32,000 nucleotides of DNA from positions 1 through 32,000 of the forward strand of contig MTSL01000208.1 of NCBI GenBank assembly GCA_002794465.1. The letters are read 5' to 3'. The stretch is from Paramicrosporidium saccamoebae KSL3. Its lineage: Eukaryota; Fungi; Cryptomycota. Positions 10,516-20,626 of this stretch are shown here, one piece after another (position 1 is the stretch's first letter; every line of letters begins with the position of its first letter). The position numbers were made by a program, and so were the translations under genes. The notes under the pieces are model-generated. The model ran no database searches. It was given only the letters and a program-made list of their open reading frames with translations, and had not been told where the DNA came from.

Positions 10516-10554
10516 GGTACCAGGGACGCTGATTGGCTACTTGGGTTTAGTGGG

Positions 10555-11443
10555 ATGTCACAGTTACTGCGGGCTGCCGGAGAGTGGTTCCGTCCAGGCA
10601 GTCCGCGTGTTTTAGGGCATTTACGCAGTTTCAGCGGGTTGGTTCGGCGGTCCTTTTCCACGCACGGGACATGCACCGCCGACCTGGGGGAATCTGCACG
10701 ACAAAAAGTACTGATGAACACGAATCCTAGCCCTCTCGGTACATCGTTTTACAGAAGACAGCTTCCTATGAGTCTGACATCCTTTACTTCCTATGAGGGA
10801 CGGCAGTTGTTTAAAGAGGCGCTTAATGCCGGCATGGTGGAGAATTATTTTAGTCTCGTTGGAAACTTTACCACTCAAACCGAGACTTCGTATTGCGGAC
10901 TGGGATCGTTGGCAATGGTGCTAAACGCTATGGAGGTGGATCCTGGTCAAACGTGGAAGGGAGTCTGGCGATGGTATTCAGACGAGATGCTCGAGTGTTG
11001 TGCGCCGTTGGATTTGGTCAAGGAAAAGGGCATCACTTTGGAACAGTTTGTGTGTCTAGCCAAGTGTCACGGTCTGGAAGCGCGATCGCAACGTTTTGAC
11101 CATACAACATATGACCAATTTAAAGCCGATCTTTACAAAACTGCCACCGAGCCGGGACACCATATGGTTATTTCATTTGACCGGGCAAGTCTGGGCCAGA
11201 CTGGTATTGGCCATTTTTCGCCAATCGGCGCATATCATGCCGAAAAGGGTCTTTGTCTTGTCCTGGACGTGGCTCGATTCAAATACCCATCATATTGGGC
11301 CCCCATTGAAATGATATGGTAATCAATATCCATGAATATAAACGTTTAGGAATTCAATGGAACCTGTAGATCCTGATACTTGCCTGCCACGAGGCTATGC
11401 AATGCTGAAACTTGCAAACCCGCGCATTACTGGCTGTCCCTGA
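10555..11443 (+). CDS. PCS1: Phytochelatin synthase (glutathione gamma-glutamylcysteinyltransferase), catalytic domain only, about 285 aa, 2 exons (10555-11318, 11350-11443)
   Basis: [17 protein letters not shown] (catalytic Cys), [10 protein letters not shown] (His), LDVARFKYP (Asp); spliced [17 protein letters not shown]. Intron 31 nt. The start could instead be Met at 10714. Confidence 0.93.
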
Positions 11444-11633
11444 TATTAATGATTTATCTGGATTGTCTGTGGGTGCTGAGCATCATTGATTCTCTTCACC
11501 GCCAAAGACTACAGGCTTGTTGGTCCCCCAAGATTATCAGCCTACTGATAATGACCATCAGAAACTGTCCAACTTTTTCTAACAGCGCATTACAGCCTCC
11601 CCCCTATAGACAATTTTATTAAACACTTATTAG

Positions 11634-11654
11634 TTATTGGTCATTGGTTATTGG
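11634..11654 (-). promoter_or_regulatory. Three tandem CCAAT boxes (7-nt period) upstream of the CDK gene
   Basis: ttattgg tcattgg ttattgg, ending 31 nt before the ATG at 11686. Confidence 0.5.
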
Positions 11655-11685
11655 CTAATAGTTTTTCTTTGGTCGCCGAATTCAC

Positions 11686-12704
11686 ATGGACCGGTATCAG
11701 AAAATCGACAAACTTGGCGAGGGCACTTATGGCATTGTATATAAAGCGCAGAACAAGGCAACGGGAGAGATTGTCGCTCTAAAACGCATTCGTCTTGACA
11801 ATGAGGAAGAGGGTATTCCATGCACTGCTGTTCGCGAAATCTCCCTGCTCCGCGAGCTACAACACCCCAATGTGGTTCGACTTTTGGACATTTTACACAC
11901 GGAAAAGAAGCTGACTCTGGTCTTTGAGTACCTCGACAGCGATTTGAAAAAATATTTGGACACGACCAACCCGCCGCCCAGCGAGGGAGAGGTGGTTGTA
12001 GAGCTGTCCAAGGACTATCGTGAGTTGGTAAAAGGCTTTCTCTATCAGCTCCTCCAGGGCGTCGCTTATTGTCATGAGAGTCTCGTGTTACATCGTGACC
12101 TTAAGCCGCAAAATTTGCTGGTAAGTCGACGCGGCGAACTAAAAATTGCCGACTTTGGTCTAGCTCGTACCTTTGGGGCTCCAGTCCGCAGTTACTCCAC
12201 CGAGGTAGTCACCCTGTGGTATCGGCCACCCGATGTGCTGTTGGGAAACAAGTTTTATTCAACCTCCATTGATCTTTGGAGCGTCGGATGTATTTTTGCC
12301 GAAATGATGAATGGAAAGCCCCTCTTTCCAGGATCCAACATGCGAGATCAGTTGTTGAGAATTCAGCGGTATGGCCAAAGACTGAGTTTGTGATTATTAG
12401 GGTACTAGGCTTGCCAGACTTTAAGAACTGGTCATACTATGAAGATTTACCCGAGGCGCATGACAAGTCGCTCTGGCTTAAAGACTTTACGCCTCTCGGC
12501 CTGGAGACTGCCATCCCAACCCTTGACGATGTTGGGCTTGATTTTGTCACCGTATCCATCATATAACTATGCTAATGTCCATAGCGTTGTCTGCAGTACA
12601 TTCCCGAGCAGAGAATTTCTGCAGCCGAGGCACTCGAACATCCTCTATTTGAGAGTGTGCGTGGAAAATATGCAGTCATGTATAGTTCGATAAATAAACC
12701 ATAG
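11686..12704 (+). CDS. Cyclin-dependent kinase, CDK5/Pho85/PCTAIRE type, about 317 aa, 3 exons (11686-12368, 12401-12551, 12585-12704)
   Basis: GEGTYG, PCTAVRE helix, [50 protein letters not shown]. Introns 32 and 33 nt. Confidence 0.93.
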
Positions 12705-12899
12705 ATCTGTTGCATTGCGGGAGCCTGGAGCGCTAATCGGTCTGTTTATCGTTTGATATGTCAACCTCTTAGTCTAGAGAGTCAATCCCTTTGCCTAAAC
12801 ATTCCGCCCAACCTCCGTTTAGTCCCTGTTTGATACTTACAATCGTCAGACTCCTCACCCTTGGTCCACTACTTTACATATCGATCACGCCGGGGCTAT

Positions 12900-13655
12900 A
12901 TGTCCGAGGACGGCCAACTGGGAGGCAAAATCGAGGGATGCTGCCAGCTTTGTGAAAAAGGTCTTGCTAAATACCGCTGTCCAGGTTGTGACATGAAAAC
13001 TTGTTCCTTTATCTGTGTGCGGGATCACAAAACGGTCTCGGGATGCACAGGCAAGCGCAGTCGGGCCGGCCTCACCTATCTCCCCGTCTCCCAACTGACG
13101 CCTGAAGTGCTTCTGGATGATTATTGGCTACTCGAAGAGGCAACACAGTCAAACAAGATGCTTTCACGGGTGCTTCCAAGGAGCAGACCACGCAATCAAT
13201 ATTTGGTGAAACAGTGTGCGCTCCGTAATACTTGTCTGTCGCTGATGCCGGCGGGCATGAAACGCGCCAAACAGAACCGAACCTCTCTGAATGGAGAGAC
13301 TATCACATGGACGGTGGAATGGATCGTCTTGGAGGGTGTGGAGGATCATCCCGCCACGATGAAGATTGACGACCTGCGTCCCTTTATCACCAAAACCACT
13401 TATAGCCAATGTTCAGAGAATGAGACGCTTCTACATAGTTACTCCAGAACATTTCAAAATTCCGATGCCGCTGCAAATATCACACTGCTGCTCAAGCAGG
13501 AAGCCGACAAGGATTTATCCATCTCCCCCGTGGATATTTCCCCAACTCGCCGTCTATGGCCTGTCCATTCTCCGAACACAACATGGCAGCTTTTACTTGC
13601 AAACCGCACAATTGTAGAATTCCCCACCATTTACATTTATAGAAATACACTTTAG
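12900..13655 (+). CDS. BCD1: Box C/D snoRNP assembly factor BCD1/ZNHIT6-like, about 251 aa
   Basis: zf-HIT CQLC..KYRCPGCDMKTCSFICVRDHK..GCTGKR, LLDDYWLLEE, MPAGMKRAKQNRT, ITWTVEW, IVEFPTIYI. ATG at 12900 preferred over the TTG start in the ORF track. Confidence 0.85.
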   Translation: MSEDGQLGGKIEGCCQLCEKGLAKYRCPGCDMKTCSFICVRDHKTVSGCTGKRSRAGLTYLPVSQLTPEVLLDDYWLLEEATQSNKMLSRVLPRSRPRNQYLVKQCALRNTCLSLMPAGMKRAKQNRTSLNGETITWTVEWIVLEGVEDHPATMKIDDLRPFITKTTYSQCSENETLLHSYSRTFQNSDAAANITLLLKQEADKDLSISPVDISPTRRLWPVHSPNTTWQLLLANRTIVEFPTIYIYRNTL

Positions 13656-13866
13656 AATGTGTGATTTATAGACTCTTGCAAACAGCATCCCACTGAGGAT
13701 GGTGACTTTTAAGGGCGTCGCATACTTTAATAATACGAATACTCACCCTCACTAACAGATCCTTTATCGAATACTCTCGCAATATTCATATCATTGTTAT
13801 TACTATTGTTTTCAACTACACTGTTCGACTACATTATTCGACGACACTGCTTTAAATTGAATGAAA

Positions 13867-16800
13867 CTAATGCGCTTTGGCAGGCGTGCGAGCACGAGTG
13901 CTACGACGGCGGCTATCCTCTTCCTTTTCTTCTTCCTCCAGCACCGCTTCAATTGGACGCTTACCAGGTGTCTTGGCTGGTGTCTTGGCGAGTGTCTTGG
14001 CTGGCGTCTTGGCTGGTGTCTTTGTTGTCGTTGTCAAGTTCGTGTTCGAGTTGAGGTTGGGATGGGAGGACGAGTTTTCGTCATTGTTAATCAACTCTGA
14101 TCCAGCCGTCGTCTTTCTCTTGGCCGCCCTGGGATGATACGAAGGACTGGCCCCATCAGACTCAATTTTGGCAGCGACTCCCTTCTTGGCTGTGCTCTTC
14201 AACGTCGGCGTCTTTCCATTAGCAGCCGGTGTCTTTTTTGTTGAAGCAGGTGCCTTCTTGGCTACGGCAGGCGCTGGCGTCTTTCTCGTAGATCGGCTTC
14301 CGCGAGGTTCCTCCTTAGCAGACTCTTTCTGGATCGACTCTCCCAGAGTCACTTCTTCCTGGCTGGATTCTTCCTTGTCAACCGACTTTCCACGCTTAGT
14401 TCTGGGAACTGGGGTGGCCTTTGCCGGAGTAGTTGCACGTCCACGACGAGGCACAGTCTTTGGTTCTTCCTCCGTTGGATGGGGTTGCGAGCCGCGACGA
14501 GGAGCGCTCTTTGGTGCGGCTTTCGCTGTGGATGCGGGAGTACGGACAGATGCGATGCGAGTAGACCGACGAGGCGTTGAAGGTGCACTGCTCGTCGTCG
14601 ATTGTTCTCCCGAGTCAGCAATGTTATCAAGACAAATTTCCACTGTCGCAAGGGCGTCTCCATTGTTATCCACAGAATTGGTGCTCTCCTCCGCCGTCTT
14701 TTCGGTAATCTCCTCTTCGGCTTCCTGCGTCACGTCCGTCTCCATAGGCGAACAAACCTCTGCAATATCAGCAGTCTCTTCAGCGGCACTGGCAACATTT
14801 TCAACAGCATTATGCTCAGCACAAATTTCATTACTCTCATTTTTCTCGTTTGGTTCTCCGGCATCTTTGACCATCCCTTTCGGCGTTTCCAGAGCTAATT
14901 CTGTAGCCACAGTTTCAATTGGGTCGGCCGAGTCTTGATCAATTTGCATCAATTCGGTTACTTTGGTAGGAGCATCTTCCATCACTACATCCATTGCATC
15001 ATCTTTTACCGAATCGACCACATTATCAGTCACGTGATTACTCACATCACCATCACCATCCACATTAACATTCGCATTATCAGTCACAGTGGCATTTACA
15101 TTAACATCCACAGTACCCACCACATTGCTATCCACAGTATCCATCACATTGCTATCCACAGCCTCCACCACATTACTGTCCACAGTTCCCGTCGCATTAT
15201 TATCCGCAGTATCCACCACATTACTATCCAAAATATCAGACTTTACATCAGCTGTTGCTTCAGCTGGCTCCTTGGCCATGATTAGCTCCTCTTCGTCAAT
15301 AAATACTTGTTCAGTTAAATGTTCAGGGGCCTCGAAAAAGTTCACTCGATGGAGTTTTGGTGAGGCAGTAATCTCGGCATCAACAACCACTGGCGAGCCA
15401 CCACTGGCCACTGAGAAACGCGGCGACTTTGGGGTGGCAGACACGCTGGCATCCCGACGCGGAGTACCACCAACCCCGACAGTGCTTGTGGTAGGCGATG
15501 CGTGTCTATTAGCCGCAATGAGTGCGGGAGTGGGTGGGAATAGTAAATTAATGTTGGGAGAAGCCCCAGATGCGCGTGGTGGCGGCGTAACCAGCAGCGC
15601 TGGTGTCTTTACGGCCTGGGCAGTGGGAGTTCTTACAGCCTGTGGGGTCTGGGCAGTGGGCGTCCTTGCGGCCTGTGGAGTCTGGGCAGTAGGGGTTTTC
15701 ACCGTTTGTAAAGTCTGCGCAACAATCTGGTTGACTTCAAATTTACTGACGCTCGTCTGGGATTTGGGAGTTTTGCAAATCTCCTCAAGTTGCCTAGTAG
15801 GAGTGGTCACCTCAAAGGTCGTTGTGACAGTCTCAATGGTAATCTCCTGTACAGACTCGCTCACCTCCCATTCATTGGCAGCAGGAACTGGCGATCCACC
15901 TTCAACCGCAGCGATTGAGAAGCTTCTCCGGGGACTCTCCAGTCGGCGTGGCGAATTCTTGGACGATTCCGCAACAAATCCATTGATCAGGGCCACTGCC
16001 GTCTCCACTTTGATTGGCGTCTTTACCGGAGTGACAGCCTTTACCGTTAGAGTCTTGGTTGCTGAATTATAATGCATTGGACTACCCGGAACAGAAACAT
16101 TGTTTAAAGTCCGCGTAGGCGTTGCAACCTTCATAGGCGATCCTAGCTTTCTAGGAGTGACCTTTATAGGCGATCCCAACTTACGGGGAGTAACCTTTAG
16201 GGGGGATTCCAGTTTTCTGGGAGTAGCCTTTAAGGGAGAGTCCAATTTTCTAGGAGTAACCTTGGTGGGAGATTCCAGTTTTTTGGGAGTAACCTTGATG
16301 GGAGATTCCAGTTTTTTGGGAGTGGCCACCTTGTCAGGAACAGCCAATTTCACGGGCGACTCGGCATTAATCGGGGTTGTGGCCATCTTGGATGGTGTCT
16401 TTGCCGGCGTAGATGTCATTTTGTGAGGAGTTTCCTGTTTTGTTGGGGTCTTGGGTACCGGCGATCCCAGTTTATGAGTCGCGGTAGAACTCGCTGGTGT
16501 ACTAGTCTTCATCGGACTCATACACTTGATCGGACTCTCACACTTGATCGGACTACCACACTTGATCGGACTACCACACTTGATCGGCGTACCAGTCTTT
16601 ATCGGACTACTACACTTGGTCAGGCTCTCACACTTCATTGGACTCCCGCCCTTAGTCAGACTCTCACGCTTCATCGGACTGCCACACTTGATCGGCGTAA
16701 ACTGCATCATATCCTCTGCCTCTGCAGTTTCCTCCGTTTCGAAGCGGAAAGAACGCTCAACTACTGTGAGCACATCTCCATCGGAAAGAACATGAGACTC

Positions 16801-17115
16801 GTTCTTGTTCAGAGTAACACCGTTGACGATGGTCCCTTGGGTGCTGATATTCTCCAACACGGCCTACAATTAATCCCAACACCCAATCCTACATGGCCAT
16901 TTTCGTTGCGGTATAGACGACAATGTTCCTCGGAAATTGTCGCCAACTGAATTCTAATGTCACAATGTGCTCCTCTACAATTCAGACCCTGCGTCACGGA
17001 ATAAATACCTTCCAAAGAGATAAGAGCTGTCCGTGAGGTCAAAAGATGCGCTGTCCTGGCCGGTGCGCTTCAGGACGACAACGCGGCCATAGGATGAAAG
17101 TATCGGCGCAGGCAT
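13867..17115 (-). CDS. Large FHA-domain intrinsically disordered protein with Ki-67-like FHA, about 1061 aa, 3 exons (17115-17009, 16974-16893, 16863-13867)
   Basis: Spliced FHA: RVVVLKRTGQDSASFDLTDSSYLFGRGAHCDIRIQLATISEEHC...ISTQGTIVNG...LSDGDVLTVVERSFRFE. The rest is low complexity with many SP/TP sites. Introns 34 and 29 nt; exon sum 3186 nt. Confidence 0.9.
16126..16323 (-). repeat. 6 x 33-nt coding repeat, TP(K/R)KL(E/D/G)SPxKV
   Basis: Six 11-aa units, each containing a TP(K/R)K and an SPxK site. Confidence 0.93.
16501..16698 (-). repeat. 11 x 18-nt coding repeat, (S/T)PIKCG-type hexapeptides
   Basis: TPIKCG SPMKRE SLTKGG SPMKCE SLTKCS SPIKTG TPIKCG SPIKCG SPIKCE SPIKCM SPMKTS. Confidence 0.93.
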
Positions 17116-17140
17116 TGACGACTTCCGCTGCCCCCGACGA

Positions 17141-17154
17141 CAATTTGGCGCCAA
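17141..17154. promoter_or_regulatory. E2F-type site TTTGGCGCCAA in the FHA-gene/primase bidirectional promoter
   Basis: Matches TTTSSCGC and is near-palindromic. It lies 28 nt upstream of the FHA-gene ATG, next to ATTGG (reverse CCAAT) boxes. Confidence 0.5.
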
Positions 17155-17349
17155 GTAGACCACACTTTCCCATTGGCCGATTGCTTAGCATTGGAAATGG
17201 ACAAGTAACACAACACCCACAGTCCTACTCCCATCTACAGAGTTCGGCTTGACACTGACAACATTGGATATGATTCAACCATACTCTACCGGGCTGATTA
17301 TAGGATCGCCCGCATATCCCATCGAGACGACTGAACGGTGATTGGTCAG

Positions 17350-18820
17350 ATGAAGAGGATTACAAAGACCGGAGAGGTGGCAGTGGCCAGTGAGGTGGGG
17401 AGAAATAGTATCGGCGGTCTTGTGTCCATTCCCGATGACGCTATCCCCGAGGAACATCCACTCCGTCTTAATACCTACACCATCCCGCCCAACTACGACA
17501 TTACCGTGGAAAAGTTTGAAGAATACGCCTTTTCCCGCCTCCAATTGCTGCGTGCCGTGGAAAATGCGTCCATGAAGTTCCAACGAGAAGACGAACTGTC
17601 CAAAGCAATCAAAACGGCAGAGGACAAATGGATGCCGCTGCACTCGAATGAAAGTGCCGGCGCATACTCCTTGTTGGAGGAGCGCCGACGCGATCAGGCG
17701 GCACATTTCATTCTGCGACTGGCATTCTGCAGCACTGCGGATAATATCCGTTGGTTTGTGACACAGGAATGTCTACTCTTCCGTATCCGTTTCCATCTGG
17801 AGATGAGCAGAGAGCGCAGTGACTTTCTCAAACGCACCAACTCTCACCTGATCCCCGTCGATCCCAGCGAGAAAACGGCTGTTCTGGAGCACCTTCGGAA
17901 ATGCTCGCCCGGAAAGGAAATGGACGATTTCTTCAAGGTCCCCTTTGAATTTGTGCCCGATTTGGTGGGTCGTCGTGGCGTCTATGTGCATAAAGGCTAC
18001 GCCTATGTTCCCAAAGGCGATTCATTTTCCATTGTAATGACAAGGTTTAAGGAAAATCTAGAGTTTTGGATGGAACGCACTGCCCGAGAATTGCCCAGTC
18101 TGCGCGACGACCGTCTCTTACCGCTGCTGCGTCTGGTAAAGACGTCAGATAGCAGTTCCACCGATGTCTCCCGCGGCTTTGTGGAGGGAAAGCTTTCCTC
18201 TGCCGATCTTGACGCGGTACTCTTAACAGCACATACTGACATTGGTTTAGGCCAGCACACATTTCCCACTCTGCATGCAGAATCTCTATCGTCGCGGGTT
18301 GCAGGACAATCATCTCAAATATGGTGGCCGTCAACAGCTTGGACTGTTCCTCAAGGGCGTCGGTTTGCCCCTCGAAGAAGCAATCCTCTTCTGGCGTCGG
18401 CTCTTTGTGCCCAAATCCGGAGAGGACGGTTTCACAAAGAATTATCTCTACAATGTCCGGCACAATTATGGGCAAGAGGGGAAACGCGTTAATTATGGAC
18501 CTTACAGCTGTTCAAAGGTGATTCTAGGTTCAACGCCCGGTGTTGGTGATCATCACGGCTGTCCCTTCCGACACGCCAGCGCAGAAAGACTGACTGATAT
18601 GTTGGTGGGATATGTTGGTCCGAGTGGCACAAAGCTGAGTGGCACGCAAGTACAAGAAATTGGTGAAATGGCCAACGGAAATCATTGCCAGAGCGCCTGC
18701 ACGCGGCTCTTTGAATACACCCGTCGTCCTGATCAGCCAACTGGCCATATCGAAACATTTTCATATCCATCAAAGTTCTTTGAAGCGTCTGTGAAGCTCA
18801 CAAAAAAGGCTCCTCAATAA
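17350..18820 (+). CDS. PRI2: DNA primase large subunit, about 478 aa, 2 exons (17350-18216, 18251-18820)
   Basis: ITVEKFEEYAFSRLQLLR, RRDQAAHFILRLAFC, HFPLCMQNL, HLKYGGRQQLGLFLKGVGL, YNVRHNYGQEGKR, and Fe-S cysteines (CM, YSC, HGCPF, HCQSAC). Intron 34 nt. Confidence 0.97.
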
Positions 18821-18832
18821 ACTCTTTATTTA

Positions 18833-20626
18833 CTAATCGGCGGCCGGCGATTCTTCTGGACCTAGTTGATGTGGTAAATCACCTAGTTGACGTGGCAAGT
18901 CACCTGGTGGATGTGGTAAATCATCTGGTGGATGCGACAAATCCGGTCGATGCGACAAATCATCTGGTCGATTCGACGTATCTGCGTGATGCGGTAAATC
19001 ATCTGGTCCATTCAGCGTATCTGGTGGATTCAACGCATCTAATGGATCCAACATGTCTGGACCAAATCTCCCAGTAGATGATTCCATGTTTGACGGCAGA
19101 GCCGCACTCGTCTGCAAGGACACTTTAACACTCGCCGTTTCACCAACTACGTCAATCAGGGTCGTTTCATTTACAGGCTCCTCGGCAACTACTTCAGGTG
19201 GCTTGGCTTTTGGTACCACCGGGATCAGAGTGGGAGTAACCTCAATTCCATAATCTTTCAATTTTTTCATTTCAACCTTTCTCCTGTATACGCTGTATTC
19301 TTTTCCAATTTCAGTAGTGTTTAGCTCTCCCTCTGGCCAACAGGCCACAATCTTTTGATAGAGTGCTTTCCGAATGCTAATTTCGCTAAACGGCTCTGCC
19401 TTTATCCCAGTGCTCGCCTTGGAGAGTCGATCAAGGGCCTGGGAATCGAGTTCGGCCCGTACAATTTCAAAAATTAGCTCCCGAAGACGCTCCGTCCAGC
19501 GCGCCTTTTTCTTGCCTTCAGAGTTTGGCTCCACCGTTGGAAGAGATTCTATCTCTGCTGCCAATGACTGGAACTGCTCGGGAATCACCTTGGCCCGTAG
19601 CTCGTCTCGGTGTAGAGGGACAATCTTGAAGCTGATCAGCTTTTGCAGTGCAGCAATCGGAAATGGAAGACAACTTCCAAGATCAGCCAACACTGACTCT
19701 GGAATTTCCGTCTTTTTATCTAGCTGTCGCAGACAAGTGACCACTACTTCATTACATAATGACCGCAAGTTTGAGGGAAATCGTTTTGGGTCTGCAAATA
19801 CCGTCTTTTCAGCCTCCATTTTGAACGCTTCCAGTGCTAATTTGTATTCCAATTCCATCAATGGTTTGGCAATGTCCAGTTTCTTCCGCATCTTTTCCTC
19901 GCTCGACTCGGCCTTTTCAGGCGATTGTCGTGAAGCCTTACGGGGTGACTTTGTATGTATCGAAGGACCCACTGAGGGCTGCCCTGATGGCTGATGTGAC
20001 AACTGGTCTGACGGATGATCCGATAAATCCGGAAGCACCACCTCCACAATTTCGTTATCGCCAATGTCGGCAAGTCGATCCATGACCGATTTATCCTTCT
20101 TACTAGGAGGAACCTTTGTGCGCTTCACTTTGCTCCGTTCTTGACTCCGCTCGGGTGATTTCCGTCGTTTCGTCGCAGGTGTTCGGCGCTTCTTCTTAGT
20201 TGCCAACATCTTTTCCTCCCATAAAGGGTCGATTTTGCGTTCCGGCAACCGGCCCTTCCATACATAATAGTCACATTCAGCCGTTATAACGGGCTGTTCC
20301 TGTTCAGTATCACAGGTCCCCGCCAGGAGCTCCTGCAAGGTTATTCCCGGTGGTAGCTCGTCGTCGTCAATAAACGGGTCATCCAGGTCGTAGTCTTCCC
20401 CCTCGTCGCGACGTTTACGTATTTTTTTCCTTGGTCCCTCTTCCTCCTCTTCCGAGTCGGCCTCCACCGTCGGTTCCACATTAGGCTGTGCGCGGACGCC
20501 GCTTACCAGTGCACTAAAGTCAATCTTGTACGAATCCTTCAAGGCGCTGCTGGAGACATTGACTACAATGGTCGTGGGACCATTATCGACCTGTGGATTG
20601 ATGCCAGCCTCATGCATTGCCAGCAT
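18833..20626 (-). CDS. Ubinuclein/Hpc2-like HIRA-complex subunit, 597 aa
   Basis: HUN/HRD motif GEDYDLDDPFIDDDEL and later YYVWKG; ubinuclein-like helical region RWTERLRELIFEIV and IRKALYQKIVACWPEGELNTTEI. Confidence 0.8.
   Translation of the reverse strand: MLAMHEAGINPQVDNGPTTIVVNVSSSALKDSYKIDFSALVSGVRAQPNVEPTVEADSEEEEEGPRKKIRKRRDEGEDYDLDDPFIDDDELPPGITLQELLAGTCDTEQEQPVITAECDYYVWKGRLPERKIDPLWEEKMLATKKKRRTPATKRRKSPERSQERSKVKRTKVPPSKKDKSVMDRLADIGDNEIVEVVLPDLSDHPSDQLSHQPSGQPSVGPSIHTKSPRKASRQSPEKAESSEEKMRKKLDIAKPLMELEYKLALEAFKMEAEKTVFADPKRFPSNLRSLCNEVVVTCLRQLDKKTEIPESVLADLGSCLPFPIAALQKLISFKIVPLHRDELRAKVIPEQFQSLAAEIESLPTVEPNSEGKKKARWTERLRELIFEIVRAELDSQALDRLSKASTGIKAEPFSEISIRKALYQKIVACWPEGELNTTEIGKEYSVYRRKVEMKKLKDYGIEVTPTLIPVVPKAKPPEVVAEEPVNETTLIDVVGETASVKVSLQTSAALPSNMESSTGRFGPDMLDPLDALNPPDTLNGPDDLPHHADTSNRPDDLSHRPDLSHPPDDLPHPPGDLPRQLGDLPHQLGPEESPAAD
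18860..19060 (-). repeat. Degenerate ~21-nt coding repeat (DDL(S/P)HPP heptads) at the ubinuclein-like C-terminus
   Basis: DALNPP DTLNGP DDLPHHA DTSNRP DDLSHRP DLSHPP DDLPHPP GDLPRQL GDLPHQL. Confidence 0.8.

Noticed and set aside
11444-11585. Possible decayed or spliced C-terminal extension of PCS
   Set aside because: No GT...TAG segment of the local size bypasses the stop at 11441, and the downstream frames contain stops and no Cys-rich motifs.
13877-16950. Long plus-strand ORFs (256, 327, 175 aa and others) antisense to the FHA gene
   Set aside because: These are shadow ORFs of a repetitive, low-complexity CDS. The same applies to antisense ORFs over AsnRS, COG4, ubinuclein, SMC3 and the secreted protein.
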